A DNA stretch of 63,684 bases from NCBI GenBank assembly GCA_949287685.1, contig CASEHF010000002.1, positions 1-63,684 of the forward strand, given 5' to 3'. Source of the DNA: an uncultured Christensenella sp. (lineage in GTDB: Bacteria; Bacillota; Clostridia; Christensenellales; UBA1242). A program made the position numbers and the translations under genes. The notes below the pieces were generated by a model, which was given only the letters and a program-made list of their open reading frames with translations, was not told the origin of the DNA and did not search any database. Below, piece by piece: positions 37,992 to 47,049 of the stretch. How positions within the stretch are numbered: position 1 is the first letter of the stretch; each line of letters begins with the position of its first letter.

Positions 37992-38714
37992 CTACTTTAT
38001 ACTGTTTAACTGTCTACCAAAGCGGAGCGCGAAATTTGCCTGAATGATTTTATGAAACTCAGCCACTTCAGTAGAAGTAATTACAATATTATCGAGTTCT
38101 GGAAACTCAAGCCTCGACATATTATACAGCACTTCAACCGTGCGCGAGGACACCGGAATATAACGGTTTTTACAGCAATGCACACACACAAACTCGCCCG
38201 TATCGACATCAAAGCGAACAATATCACTATTTAGTGGCTTCCCACAAGTTTTGCAAGTCCTTAGATTCATCCCGTAGCCCGAAATTTTGAACACGCCGAG
38301 TGCAAATCGCATCAAAACAACATTCGGATCAGCATCCATTGTGGCAAGAGTCTTTAGTGCGTGTACTAGCCCCGAAAATAGTAGGTTGCTAGGTTCATCA
38401 ATCACGCTCGCCGCATCTGCCATTTCGAGAATCGCGCTACCTGCTATCATAGTATTATAATCTTGAGTTATGTCAAAGAAATTTTCAATCTCCGTAGCAC
38501 CTGCAACTGTGGGAATTTCGCCCCTGCCTACTAATTTAAACTGCGCAAAGCAAAAGGGCTGGGAGGCAAATTTCATCTTTGCGGTGACCTTTTTTACACC
38601 CTTTAAAATTGCGGTAATTCTACCATGTAGAGGGGTGAGAATTGTGATTATTTTATCACTCTCGCTGAAGTCGATCGCTTTCAGCACGACTCCTTGAGTT
38701 ATCATTTGTTGCAT
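37992..38714 (-). CDS. recO: DNA repair protein RecO
   Basis: OB-fold N-terminus (GVVLKAIDFSESDKIITILT), a CxxC...CxxC zinc motif (CKTCGK...CVHCC) and synteny with era. Confidence 0.85.
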   Translation of the reverse strand: MQQMITQGVVLKAIDFSESDKIITILTPLHGRITAILKGVKKVTAKMKFASQPFCFAQFKLVGRGEIPTVAGATEIENFFDITQDYNTMIAGSAILEMADAASVIDEPSNLLFSGLVHALKTLATMDADPNVVLMRFALGVFKISGYGMNLRTCKTCGKPLNSDIVRFDVDTGEFVCVHCCKNRYIPVSSRTVEVLYNMSRLEFPELDNIVITSTEVAEFHKIIQANFALRFGRQLNSIK

Positions 38715-38952
38715 CGTTTTTTATTCCTTTTTCTATTTGTTCGGCTGCTTTCAGCTCAATAATGGGGGCTATTTCCGCCGCATTGTCCATTTGCCTAGCA
38801 TTGTTTAAAAAGTACCCACTTTTAACTTTTGAATAAAGCAAATAGTCCATAATCGCACCCGTTTCTAAAAACTGCCGCCATGTGAGGTCTAATACCTTTT
38901 TATCAAGGATTTTGTTGTTCATCACTTCGTTTTCGTATTCTATCTCTCGCAT
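38656..38952 (-). CDS. YqzL-like small protein with an extended charged tail; overlaps the recO start by 59 nt
   Basis: LTWRQFLETGAIMDYLLYSKVK matches the YqzL-family core. It holds the conserved position between era and recO. AGAGGTG RBS. Confidence 0.55.
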   Translation of the reverse strand: MREIEYENEVMNNKILDKKVLDLTWRQFLETGAIMDYLLYSKVKSGYFLNNARQMDNAAEIAPIIELKAAEQIEKGIKNDATNDNSRSRAESDRLQRE

Positions 38953-38995
38953 TGTATCACCTCTTTTCGTTTAGTTTATATACTTTTAGTCGGTT

Positions 38996-39859
38996 TTATG
39001 CAACTTTTACTCTATCTCGCCAATTTGGCTTTACCTTTACAAACAAGTCTAAAAAAACTTTCGATTTTAGCATTTTTTCCAAAGCCAAACGGCACTCGGT
39101 ACCAATATGCTTTAACATCGCACCATTTTTGCCAATTATAATATTTTTGTGGTTTTCCTTCTCGCAGTAGACTGTAGCCGAAATTTTAGTTAAATCGCCG
39201 TTTTTAGTAATGTTATCAATCTCGACCCCTATCCCGTGCGGTATCTCATCACTGAGTAGCCACAGCATTTTCTCTCTAATCAACTCGGACACACTAAAAT
39301 CCAAATCTTGTCCCGAGTAAACATCGCGCGGAAAATACTCGACCGTGTCGCTAAGTTTGCCTACAATCGCTGACTTTAGGTCCTCGAGATTTCGCCCCGT
39401 TTTCGCGGACACGCCGAAAACCTCCTCTATCCCCTCAATCTCATTCAATTTACTTAAGCGCGGGTAAATAGTCTCAAATGACCCAAGGTCGACCTTGTTT
39501 ACAACTGCAAACACAGGCGCAGAACTGCTTGCATACTTTTTAAGCAATCTAATATCCGCCTCATCGAAATCACGGCTACCATCTAGCACATATAGTATTA
39601 AATCTACATCGACAGTCGCCTCATCGATTGCCTGCTGCATTACGCGGTCGAGATTATTCTTTAACTTGTGTATCCCTGGAGTGTCTATATAAATAACTTG
39701 GTAATCCGCCCCATTGTCTATACCTAAAATTTGGTTTCGAGTAGTCTGTGGCTTTGGACTGACAATAGATACTTTTTTACCTATCAGTGCATTGACTAAG
39801 GTAGATTTACCCACATTAGCCTTTCCTAAAACTGCCACAAATCCAGACCTAAACGCCAT
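38996..39859 (-). CDS. era: GTPase Era
   Basis: GKANVGKST P-loop, DTPG, NKVD and a C-terminal KH domain (VYCEKENHKNIIIGKNGAMLK). Confidence 0.95.
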   Translation of the reverse strand: MAFRSGFVAVLGKANVGKSTLVNALIGKKVSIVSPKPQTTRNQILGIDNGADYQVIYIDTPGIHKLKNNLDRVMQQAIDEATVDVDLILYVLDGSRDFDEADIRLLKKYASSSAPVFAVVNKVDLGSFETIYPRLSKLNEIEGIEEVFGVSAKTGRNLEDLKSAIVGKLSDTVEYFPRDVYSGQDLDFSVSELIREKMLWLLSDEIPHGIGVEIDNITKNGDLTKISATVYCEKENHKNIIIGKNGAMLKHIGTECRLALEKMLKSKVFLDLFVKVKPNWRDRVKVA

Positions 39860-39982
39860 AACTACTCACCTCTCTTTTATTTATTATATCAAATTTAACA
39901 AATTTTCACAAGTAAATAAAATGATTTTACACAATATGTAATTTATTAGTTTTTTCAGTATATAATATAGTCTGGAGGCATT

Positions 39983-40747
39983 ATGGAATTTTGGTTACCG
40001 ATACTATTAGGGCTAATCCAAGGCATTACTGAATTTTTGCCCATTTCGAGCAGTGGACACCTAGTCTTGTGCGAATATTTCTTTGGTATGGAGGGAGATT
40101 TTTTATTTTTAAACATTTTACTCCACATAGCCACTCTAGGGGCAGTTATCCTCTACTACCGCAAGACAATTTGGTATTTAATCACCCACCCCACTTGCCT
40201 AACTATGCGCTACCTAATCGTGGCGACACTACCTGCAGTAATTTTTGTGCTACTGTTTAATAATTTCGTAAATACCGTATTAAATAGTATCGTAATGGTA
40301 GGGGTTGGATTTTTATTAACTGCGCTATTTTTGGGAGTCGCGGTTATTTTATCAAAACGCACCGAAACTAGCCCGCTTACCTATAAATCTGCACTTGTAA
40401 TGGGAATTAGCCAGGCATTTGCTGTGTTCCCCGGGCTTAGCCGCAGTGGCACAACCCTAGCCTTTGGGTTGGTCGCGGGAGTTGAGAGACAAAGTGCGCT
40501 AGATTTTAGTTTTTTAATGTCTATACCAATCATTCTCGCTAGCCTCGTGTATCAACTAATCTTTGCCGACTATAATACGATTCTAAATGATATAAATGTA
40601 GTCGGCACTATAATTGCGTTTGTCACCGCATTTTTTAGCGCACTACTCGGGCTGATTGTTATGAAAAAGATTGTTAGAAAAATGAATCTCATTTACTTTG
40701 TACCTTATCTCGTGATTATCGGCGTACTGACTATCATTTTTGCCTAG
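39983..40747 (+). CDS. uppP: Undecaprenyl-diphosphate phosphatase (BacA/UppP)
   Basis: GITEFLPISSSGHL and PGLSRSG motifs with about 8 TM segments. Confidence 0.9.
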   Translation: MEFWLPILLGLIQGITEFLPISSSGHLVLCEYFFGMEGDFLFLNILLHIATLGAVILYYRKTIWYLITHPTCLTMRYLIVATLPAVIFVLLFNNFVNTVLNSIVMVGVGFLLTALFLGVAVILSKRTETSPLTYKSALVMGISQAFAVFPGLSRSGTTLAFGLVAGVERQSALDFSFLMSIPIILASLVYQLIFADYNTILNDINVVGTIIAFVTAFFSALLGLIVMKKIVRKMNLIYFVPYLVIIGVLTIIFA

Positions 40748-40786
40748 CGCGGTTATTTTGGCGCGATAATAGCAATATAATACCTT

Positions 40787-41539
40787 ATGGCTTTTTCCTC
40801 ATTTTTGGTATTTTTAATCACAATGGCGCTATCTATGGTGCCACTAATCGAGTCAAAGGGCGCAATTCCTCTCGGAATGAGCGTGGGTATGTGGGGCGAT
40901 GCTGCACTTTCTGCCGTATCCGCTTGGCTAGCGACAGTGTTAGGTGGTGTTATTGTATCATTTGTAGCAGTGGCGATTTTTCTGCCTTTTCGCAAGTTGT
41001 TAGAAAAAATCAAAATATTTAAAAAACTCTTTGCACACTGCGACCGCGCTGTTATCGAGTGGCTAGCAAGAAGGCAAGAGAAAAAGCAAATTAGAAAAAC
41101 AAAACGCGAATTTAAAAAGGCACAAGCACGCAAAAAAAGCACAATCTCTAGCCCCGCCCCCGCGGAAGTCGCCTTTACTAATCCCAATACCAGCATTTCA
41201 TTTATCGCACATTCTACCCCCACTAAAAAAGCCGAGAGAAGTGCGATGTGGGGTAGGTTTTTAATAGCATTTGTATTCTGCGCACTACCCATTCCGCTCT
41301 CAGGCGTGTGGACTGCAGGAGCGCTTTGCTCGGTGTTAAAACTCGATTTCTGGCGGAGTATACTTGCCCTGTCTGTAGCAAACACTATAGACTGCTCCCT
41401 TGTCGCAATATTTTGCTTCTGGCTCGAGGACTATATCGATTTGATGCTCACAATAATTATGCTAATACTTGTGTTTATAGTAATTTACCAAATTCTAAAA
41501 TTCATAGTTTTGCGCAAACAAAATGCCAATAATGCGTGA
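40787..41539 (+). CDS. Small multidrug-export-like (COG2426/Sm_multidrug_ex) membrane protein with a ~70-aa basic internal insertion
   Basis: IESKGAIPLG motif and TM helices at both ends. The central segment is ARRQEKKQIRKTKREFKKAQARKKS. It is preferred over the antisense ORF at 40753-41385. Confidence 0.55.
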   Translation: MAFSSFLVFLITMALSMVPLIESKGAIPLGMSVGMWGDAALSAVSAWLATVLGGVIVSFVAVAIFLPFRKLLEKIKIFKKLFAHCDRAVIEWLARRQEKKQIRKTKREFKKAQARKKSTISSPAPAEVAFTNPNTSISFIAHSTPTKKAERSAMWGRFLIAFVFCALPIPLSGVWTAGALCSVLKLDFWRSILALSVANTIDCSLVAIFCFWLEDYIDLMLTIIMLILVFIVIYQILKFIVLRKQNANNA

Positions 41540-41622
41540 AAAATGTACTTTTTTGCGAAAATGATTGAAATATGCACCTTTATTTGATATAATAACATTA
41601 TGCAATTTTTACGGGGTGCAAT

Positions 41623-42564
41623 ATGGACAAAAGATATAACATTAGACATTCGGCACTAGGCGGACTCTGGGGGCTCGGCGCACCGCTCATAATCTCGATA
41701 ATTGCCTCGATTATAATTATTGCGTGCGGAGGGACAGAGGGTGCACTCGCTAACAACACAGCCTTTTTGGTCATCGTATCTATATTGACTGAGGCTTCTT
41801 TCCTCCTTGTATTTTACCTAATCAGCCGCACGCAAAATGTAGACTTTGTCGAGGCTAGCGGAATTAGAGCAAAAACGCCGTGGTACATCTACCTAATCCT
41901 TGCGATTGTGGGAGTCGCGTGCGTGTTTCTATTCCTCCCTATTATCGACCTATGGCAGCAGTTACTCGGGTTAATGGGGTACTCACTAGATGCGAGCCTA
42001 CCCATGCCACTTGATAGCGCTGGGTATGTGATTTTAGCAATATTCACTATAGGGCTAATACCCGCTGTATGCGAGGAATTCTTGTTCCGCGGGCTGATAC
42101 TGAATGGTCTCAGAAAGTACGGAATGTGGTTTGCAGTACTAATTAGCGCACTGTTATTTAGTCTAATGCATATGAACCTATTACAACTGCCCTATACCTT
42201 TATACTAGGCGTGATTTTTGGACTAGTTGTGTATTACACGCGCAATATTTGGTTAAGTATCATTATGCACTTTTTTAACAACACGACTACCGTTTTAATT
42301 ATGGCATTTACTCGAGATAGCGGTGCGGAGTTTGTGTGGTGGGAAGTGCTGATTGCTGTAGCGGGAGTACTCGGAGCGGTTGCGCTAATATATTTAATGA
42401 TGACACTTCTAAAGAAAAAAGCAAACGCTATTGCTGAACCCGATACACAAGATACTCAAACCTTACTCGAAAAAGGTCCGCGAAATCGAATAATTTTGCC
42501 ACCTATAATTGCAGGAATAATCTTTTTAATAATATTTTCATTAAGTAGTTTTGGAGTCATATGA
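41623..42564 (+). CDS. CPBP-family (CAAX/Abi) intramembrane glutamic protease
   Basis: EEFLFRG, SLMHMN and HFFNN motifs in a polytopic protein. Confidence 0.8.
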   Translation: MDKRYNIRHSALGGLWGLGAPLIISIIASIIIIACGGTEGALANNTAFLVIVSILTEASFLLVFYLISRTQNVDFVEASGIRAKTPWYIYLILAIVGVACVFLFLPIIDLWQQLLGLMGYSLDASLPMPLDSAGYVILAIFTIGLIPAVCEEFLFRGLILNGLRKYGMWFAVLISALLFSLMHMNLLQLPYTFILGVIFGLVVYYTRNIWLSIIMHFFNNTTTVLIMAFTRDSGAEFVWWEVLIAVAGVLGAVALIYLMMTLLKKKANAIAEPDTQDTQTLLEKGPRNRIILPPIIAGIIFLIIFSLSSFGVI

Positions 42565-43760
42565 AAAACAACATTACACAAGCAAAAAATCCATTAATTA
42601 GCGATAAAAAAGTGTTTTACGCGGGGCTGATTTACTTTATCTCAATCGTGTTATACCTCGGCGCTCGAATACTTTGGAGCACGGGGGTGTTTAACTCAAT
42701 TGACCCGATTTTTAGCGACTTGCTGTTTTCGAGTCTAGTGCAAGTCGTGATACTCGCGGGCTTCCCTATAGTGATGTGGATGATATTAAATAAACAGAGC
42801 CTAAAACAAACCGCATTGCACTTCTTTTTCAAAAAAATTTCCTTTAAGTCCGTACTAATCTCGCTTGCACTCGGGGTGTTGATGTACTTTGTGGTAATCT
42901 GCGCATCCTCGTTTTGGAATACTTTAATTGGCATACTCGGCTACTCGAGTTCCAGCGGTACCGCCACTACTTCATTACCCGTTTGGGCGGCGTTTATTCT
43001 CACTTTTATCACGACAGCCCTAATGCCTGGTTTTTGTGAGGAAACTGCGCATCGCGGACTATTGCTAGGAAGTATGAAAAGCAACGGGCTAAAGCGCGCA
43101 ATTTTACTCACCGCACTCATTTTTGCGCTGGCACATATGAATGTAGTGCAGTTTGGACACGCGTTTGTCGTGGGACTCGTGCTGGGGGCTTGCACATTTA
43201 TCAGTCGCAGTATTTTTCCCGCAATGATAATCCACGGCACTGTGAACTTCTGCTCCATTTACACTGATTACTCGAGCGCATACGGTTGGTTTGGTGGAAA
43301 TGTGCTAGACAACTTCTCCTCTTTCCTCGCAAACAGTAATATTTTCGTTAGTTTCCTCGTATCCTTTTTGATTCTAGCAACTGTGATTATTTTGACCACA
43401 ATCTTGCTCTCGAGATTGTTTATTGAACAAAAACGCGCGAAGTTTCACTCATTCAAGAAAAATTTATACAACTCCGTAAAAGGCACCGAGTACGAGCAAA
43501 GCATTAATTTTGAGGATGAAATTCACCTCTACGCGCTATTTAACAAAGCCAGTGCCACTGATTTAAAATCAAAGGTCGAGAGTGGCGAAATTTCCATTCC
43601 GCACCTTGAGCGTGAACTCGGACACAGCAAAATTAACACTATGATTTATAGCGAACTAGACAGTTGTAAACGCCCTCGTGCAATGGACAATATCTTTATA
43701 TATATTACGATTTTCCTAATGGCATTTGTCACCATCGCCACCTTTATTTGGGGGTTGTGA
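42561..43760 (+). CDS. CPBP-family (CAAX/Abi) intramembrane protease, second copy with a long C-terminal extension
   Basis: EETAHRG, ALAHMN and IHGTVNF motifs. The start overlaps the upstream stop (ATGA). Confidence 0.8.
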   Translation: MKNNITQAKNPLISDKKVFYAGLIYFISIVLYLGARILWSTGVFNSIDPIFSDLLFSSLVQVVILAGFPIVMWMILNKQSLKQTALHFFFKKISFKSVLISLALGVLMYFVVICASSFWNTLIGILGYSSSSGTATTSLPVWAAFILTFITTALMPGFCEETAHRGLLLGSMKSNGLKRAILLTALIFALAHMNVVQFGHAFVVGLVLGACTFISRSIFPAMIIHGTVNFCSIYTDYSSAYGWFGGNVLDNFSSFLANSNIFVSFLVSFLILATVIILTTILLSRLFIEQKRAKFHSFKKNLYNSVKGTEYEQSINFEDEIHLYALFNKASATDLKSKVESGEISIPHLERELGHSKINTMIYSELDSCKRPRAMDNIFIYITIFLMAFVTIATFIWGL

Positions 43761-43912
43761 GTTTCTCGATACTTTACGAAAAATTTTTAATAAAAGTGGC
43801 AAATACCACTTTTTGTTGTTACTATCCCACCAAACTACAAAAGCACATTGCGCTAAATCCTTATTTTTAATAAAAAAATTCGAATATATAATCAATATTA
43901 TTGTTTATACAC

Positions 43913-43941
43913 TTGACACAATCAAAGTTTTTGCATATAAT
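43913..43941 (+). promoter_or_regulatory. Consensus sigma-A promoter for tRNA-Gly (TTGACA-17-TATAAT)
   Basis: TTGACA at 43913-43918 and TATAAT at 43936-43941, with a 17-nt spacer. The tRNA 5' end lies 13 nt downstream. Confidence 0.65.
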
Positions 43942-43953
43942 ATTTTTATATGC

Positions 43954-44027
43954 GCAGGTGTAGTTCAGTGGTAGAACACGAGCTTCCCAAGCTTGATATG
44001 AGGGTTCGATTCCCTTCACCTGCTCCA
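43954..44027 (+). tRNA. tRNA-Gly (anticodon CCC), CCA encoded
   Basis: Hand-folded cloverleaf. The acceptor stem is GCAGGTG/CACCTGC and the D arm is GTTC-AGTGGTA-GAAC. The anticodon stem is CGAGC/GCTTG with loop TTCCCAA. The T arm is GAGGG-TTCGATT-CCCTT, followed by discriminator T and CCA. Confidence 0.9.
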
Positions 44028-44344
44028 CACAAGTACGGAGTTATTGCTCCGTTTTTTTTATTATGAGTACGCAGTACAAAGGGAATCGAACGGGCACGCC
44101 AGGAAAAGTCGCCAGTGGCGAGTTTTCAGTGCCCCGGCGTGATAGTGGAGCAACGCGGAACGGAGCGATTCCCTTCACCTGCTCCACACAAGTACGGAGT
44201 TATTGCTCCGTTTTTTTATTATGAGTACTCAGTACAAAGGGAATCGAACGGGCACGCCAGGAAAAGTCGCCAGTGGCGAGTTTTCAGTGCCCCGGCGTGA
44301 TAGTGGAGCAATGCGGAACGGAGCGATTCCCTTCACCTGCTCCA
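44008..44344 (+). repeat. Tandem direct repeat seeded by the last 20 nt of tRNA-Gly (two units of 159 and 158 bp, plus a third 20-nt copy)
   Basis: GATTCCCTTCACCTGCTCCA occurs at 44008-44027, 44167-44186 and 44325-44344. The two 139/138-nt inter-copy segments differ at only about 3 positions. Confidence 0.9.
44035..44059 (+). terminator. Rho-independent terminator after tRNA-Gly
   Basis: ACGGAG-TTATTG-CTCCGT followed by a T-run of 8. The same hairpin recurs near 44195 and 44473. Confidence 0.6.
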
Positions 44345-44767
44345 TTTTGTTTGCCTTTTCCACAAGTACTGCGTTACGCGCCACTTTTAGACCGCTCGTA
44401 CGCCCGAGTACACCATGCGCCCTAAAAGGTGCTTTTTACAAAAAAATCCAAACAAAAATACTCTAAGTATGGAACGGAGTTATTGCTCCGTTTTTTTTAT
44501 TTAATAATTTTGTATTTTCTCAATTTTCAATTTTTACAAAAAAATTATTTTGTTCAAATAACACTAGATAGACAATTTGCTTTTACTTTTTTAAATTTTT
44601 CGTATATAATTAGGTAAGGTTTATACTCTAGATTATAACGGCTTATAAATTTAGAACTAACCTAAAAAGTGTGAAAAATAATAAAATTTAATGTTTTTTC
44701 GCATTTTTTAGCCCAATTTTACGATTTTTTATAATTTTTACTAAAACCAAACACAAAAAGGAGTAAC

Positions 44768-45316
44768 ATGATGGAACTAAAAGTATTAAAAAAACAAAAC
44801 AATAGCAATGCCTGTATTGTCTGCGGACTTGATAACCATTCATCCCTAAAAGTGCGCTTTTATGAGTGCGAGGGCGATGTAGTTTGTGGAGTTTTTCACA
44901 ACGAGGACTTTCATCAAAGTTTCCCAGGTCGTATGCACGGCGGTATGATTTGCGCGGTATTAGATGAGACAATCGGCAGAGCGGTAATGATTAAAAACCC
45001 CGACCAGTGGGGCGTGACTGGCGAGATTAAAGTGCGCTATCTCAAACCCACCCCGCTAGAGACTGAATTATACTGCTGGGGTAAAATCGTGAGCGAAAAT
45101 AGCAGGCTTTTTAAGGGTGTCGGGTACCTCGAGACACCTAGCGGCGAAGTCGTAGCGACATCCGAGGCGACATACTTTAAACTAGAACTATCAAAAATTT
45201 CCGATGAAAAACTCGATGATACAAAATGGTATTTTGAAAATGGCGAAATACCCGCTTCGCTAAGCAGTGACAACCTAGATTTGCTCGATACCTTAAGTGC
45301 AAAATTAAAAAAATAA
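44768..45316 (+). CDS. PaaI/4HBT-type hotdog-fold thioesterase
   Basis: CIVCG near the N-terminus and a GRMHGGMICAVLDETIGRA catalytic-helix motif. AAGGAG RBS. Confidence 0.7.
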   Translation: MMELKVLKKQNNSNACIVCGLDNHSSLKVRFYECEGDVVCGVFHNEDFHQSFPGRMHGGMICAVLDETIGRAVMIKNPDQWGVTGEIKVRYLKPTPLETELYCWGKIVSENSRLFKGVGYLETPSGEVVATSEATYFKLELSKISDEKLDDTKWYFENGEIPASLSSDNLDLLDTLSAKLKK

Positions 45317-45331
45317 TTCAAGGTAAAAAGT

Positions 45332-46033
45332 ATGGAAAATAAAAAGAAAAATCCCCGCAATGTCTCTAGTATAGAGGCACAACCTGATGGCACCATCAAA
45401 GTGACAATGCATAACACGCCTTTAGTTAAAAACAGCACTAAGTCGCAAAAATCAGCCATTAGACCTACAAATTCTGCGGGAAAGCTGCAAAAATTAACAA
45501 CAAACAGACAGCAACATACCGAACAAGTTGAGTTTTTTGATGCGACAATTGACTATGATGACACCCCCTCAAGGGACATAGCACGCGAGGTGGAGGAAGC
45601 CAAAAATAGAGCCCTCAAAGAACATAAAATGCTAGAAAATTACCGCAATAATCCTCCGAAAAAAGACAAGACTTTTTCCTCAAGCGTAATTGCTAGTATT
45701 GTTTCGGTGGCTATTTTACTCGCACTCACGCTAGTGTTTTTCCTGTGGTTAAAGTGGTACCCCGTAGGGTTAGCGTTTGCTATTATTACAATTATCACAA
45801 TTCAAGTTTGGATAAGTTTTTTAAAACGAATAAATAAAAAGTATGATGCACTCGAGGGTGTATCTGACCAGGATGAAAAAGATTTACAAAATCACTTGCG
45901 AGAAAAGTATCCAAACCTCTATGCTACTGAACAAACCGAAAAAACTACCGCAACAGATACACCCACCTCCTCACCCAAAGTTGAGGTTGACTCAAACGCC
46001 AAAAATGAAGTAAAAACACCAAAAACAGATTAA
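45332..46033 (+). CDS. Hypothetical membrane protein (2 TM, charged N- and C-terminal regions)
   Basis: The hydrophobic segments are VIASIVSVAILLALTLVFFLWL and VGLAFAIITIITIQVWISFL. No domain recognised. Confidence 0.5.
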   Translation: MENKKKNPRNVSSIEAQPDGTIKVTMHNTPLVKNSTKSQKSAIRPTNSAGKLQKLTTNRQQHTEQVEFFDATIDYDDTPSRDIAREVEEAKNRALKEHKMLENYRNNPPKKDKTFSSSVIASIVSVAILLALTLVFFLWLKWYPVGLAFAIITIITIQVWISFLKRINKKYDALEGVSDQDEKDLQNHLREKYPNLYATEQTEKTTATDTPTSSPKVEVDSNAKNEVKTPKTD

Positions 46034-46040
46034 AATTCAT

Positions 46041-46082
46041 TGCATAGTACTGTTTTTTCGCAAAAAAAATGCGAAAAAACGC
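46041..46082 (+). repeat. 42-bp perfect direct repeat, copy 1 (family-2 half-site plus the TTTTTTCGCA-A7-TGCGAAAAAA palindrome)
   Basis: Identical to 47051-47092, offset by exactly 1010 bp. It begins 8 nt after the stop of the 45332-46033 gene. Confidence 0.9.
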
Positions 46083-46167
46083 AAATTTTAATTAAACTAT
46101 TGCTTTAAATACATTGCTAAAGGAATGAAAATATGCTAAAATAACCAAAACAATTTTGGGAGGATGT

Positions 46168-47040
46168 ATGAAAAATGATTTGCATATACGCACCAATTTT
46201 TCCGCTAGTGCTAATCGCGAGTGGAACTGGGAGCGAGTACTAAAAAAATGCGAGGAGGCAGGCTTGGACCGTATCTCTATTACTGATTTTGACACCTGCC
46301 TTTTTCACCTGATTAACAAGATTTATGACACTTCTAGCCTATTTAGTGGCAAAATTATTACCGGTATGGAATGTGATGTTTGCGAAAACGGTTTAACATT
46401 TGAATTGTTAGCATACAATTTTGACCCAATTAAAACATTTAACTGGTCATACGAGACATACGGTACACTCGAAACAAGGCAAACAAAAATCAAGGACTTG
46501 CTACTTGATTGTGCCTCAGAAAACGGTTTAAAAGTTGACACATCGAGCCCTTTCAACGGAAAAGTTGATTTTGGGCACAAATATATCTACGAAAATATGA
46601 TAAAATACCCTGAAAATATTGATTTATTTAAAAATTTCGGTATTAACACAATGAGTGACTTTTATAATATCAGCGCCAAACAAAAAGATTTCCCCCTGTA
46701 TGTGAATCTCAACCAAGTGTTCCCAACAGTTAAAAAAGTCGTGGACTTCATTCATTCGGTCGGCGGTTTTGTTGTATTAGCACAGCCCTGTAGAAGTAAA
46801 AACAAATCAAATCTAAACTTTATTCTCGACACAGCAATCAAAAATAAGGTAGATGGTATAGAAGTCTATCACCCAGCACACACGAAAGAGGATATTGAAT
46901 TTTTGTTAAAATACGCAATAGAAAACAAACTAATTGTGACTGGCGGTAGTAACTTTAACGGAAAGGCAGAATACTCAGATGTGGGTATAACTAATATAAA
47001 TAAAGAAGAGACCGAGATTTTAAAAAATATAAAATTATAA
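46168..47040 (+). CDS. PHP-domain family protein with substituted metal-ligand motifs (probably catalytically degenerate)
   Basis: The start is set at MKNDLHIRT (GGGAGGA RBS). DLHIRTNFS occupies the place of the canonical DLH.HT..S motif. GIEVYHPAH is retained. GGSNFNG occupies the place of GGSD.HG. Confidence 0.55.
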   Translation: MKNDLHIRTNFSASANREWNWERVLKKCEEAGLDRISITDFDTCLFHLINKIYDTSSLFSGKIITGMECDVCENGLTFELLAYNFDPIKTFNWSYETYGTLETRQTKIKDLLLDCASENGLKVDTSSPFNGKVDFGHKYIYENMIKYPENIDLFKNFGINTMSDFYNISAKQKDFPLYVNLNQVFPTVKKVVDFIHSVGGFVVLAQPCRSKNKSNLNFILDTAIKNKVDGIEVYHPAHTKEDIEFLLKYAIENKLIVTGGSNFNGKAEYSDVGITNINKEETEILKNIKL

Positions 47041-47049
47041 TAAACATTC

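Noticed and set aside
40753-41385. A 210-aa minus-strand ORF overlapping the 40787-41539 plus-strand ORF
   Set aside because: The plus-strand product has the ESKGAIPLG family motif and TM helices and is co-oriented with its neighbours. The minus-strand product has no recognisable features.
44115-44466. ORFs of 61 and 87 aa downstream of tRNA-Gly
   Set aside because: They are read across the tandem tRNA-3'-end repeats and terminator hairpins. They have no RBS, and their composition is driven by the repeat.
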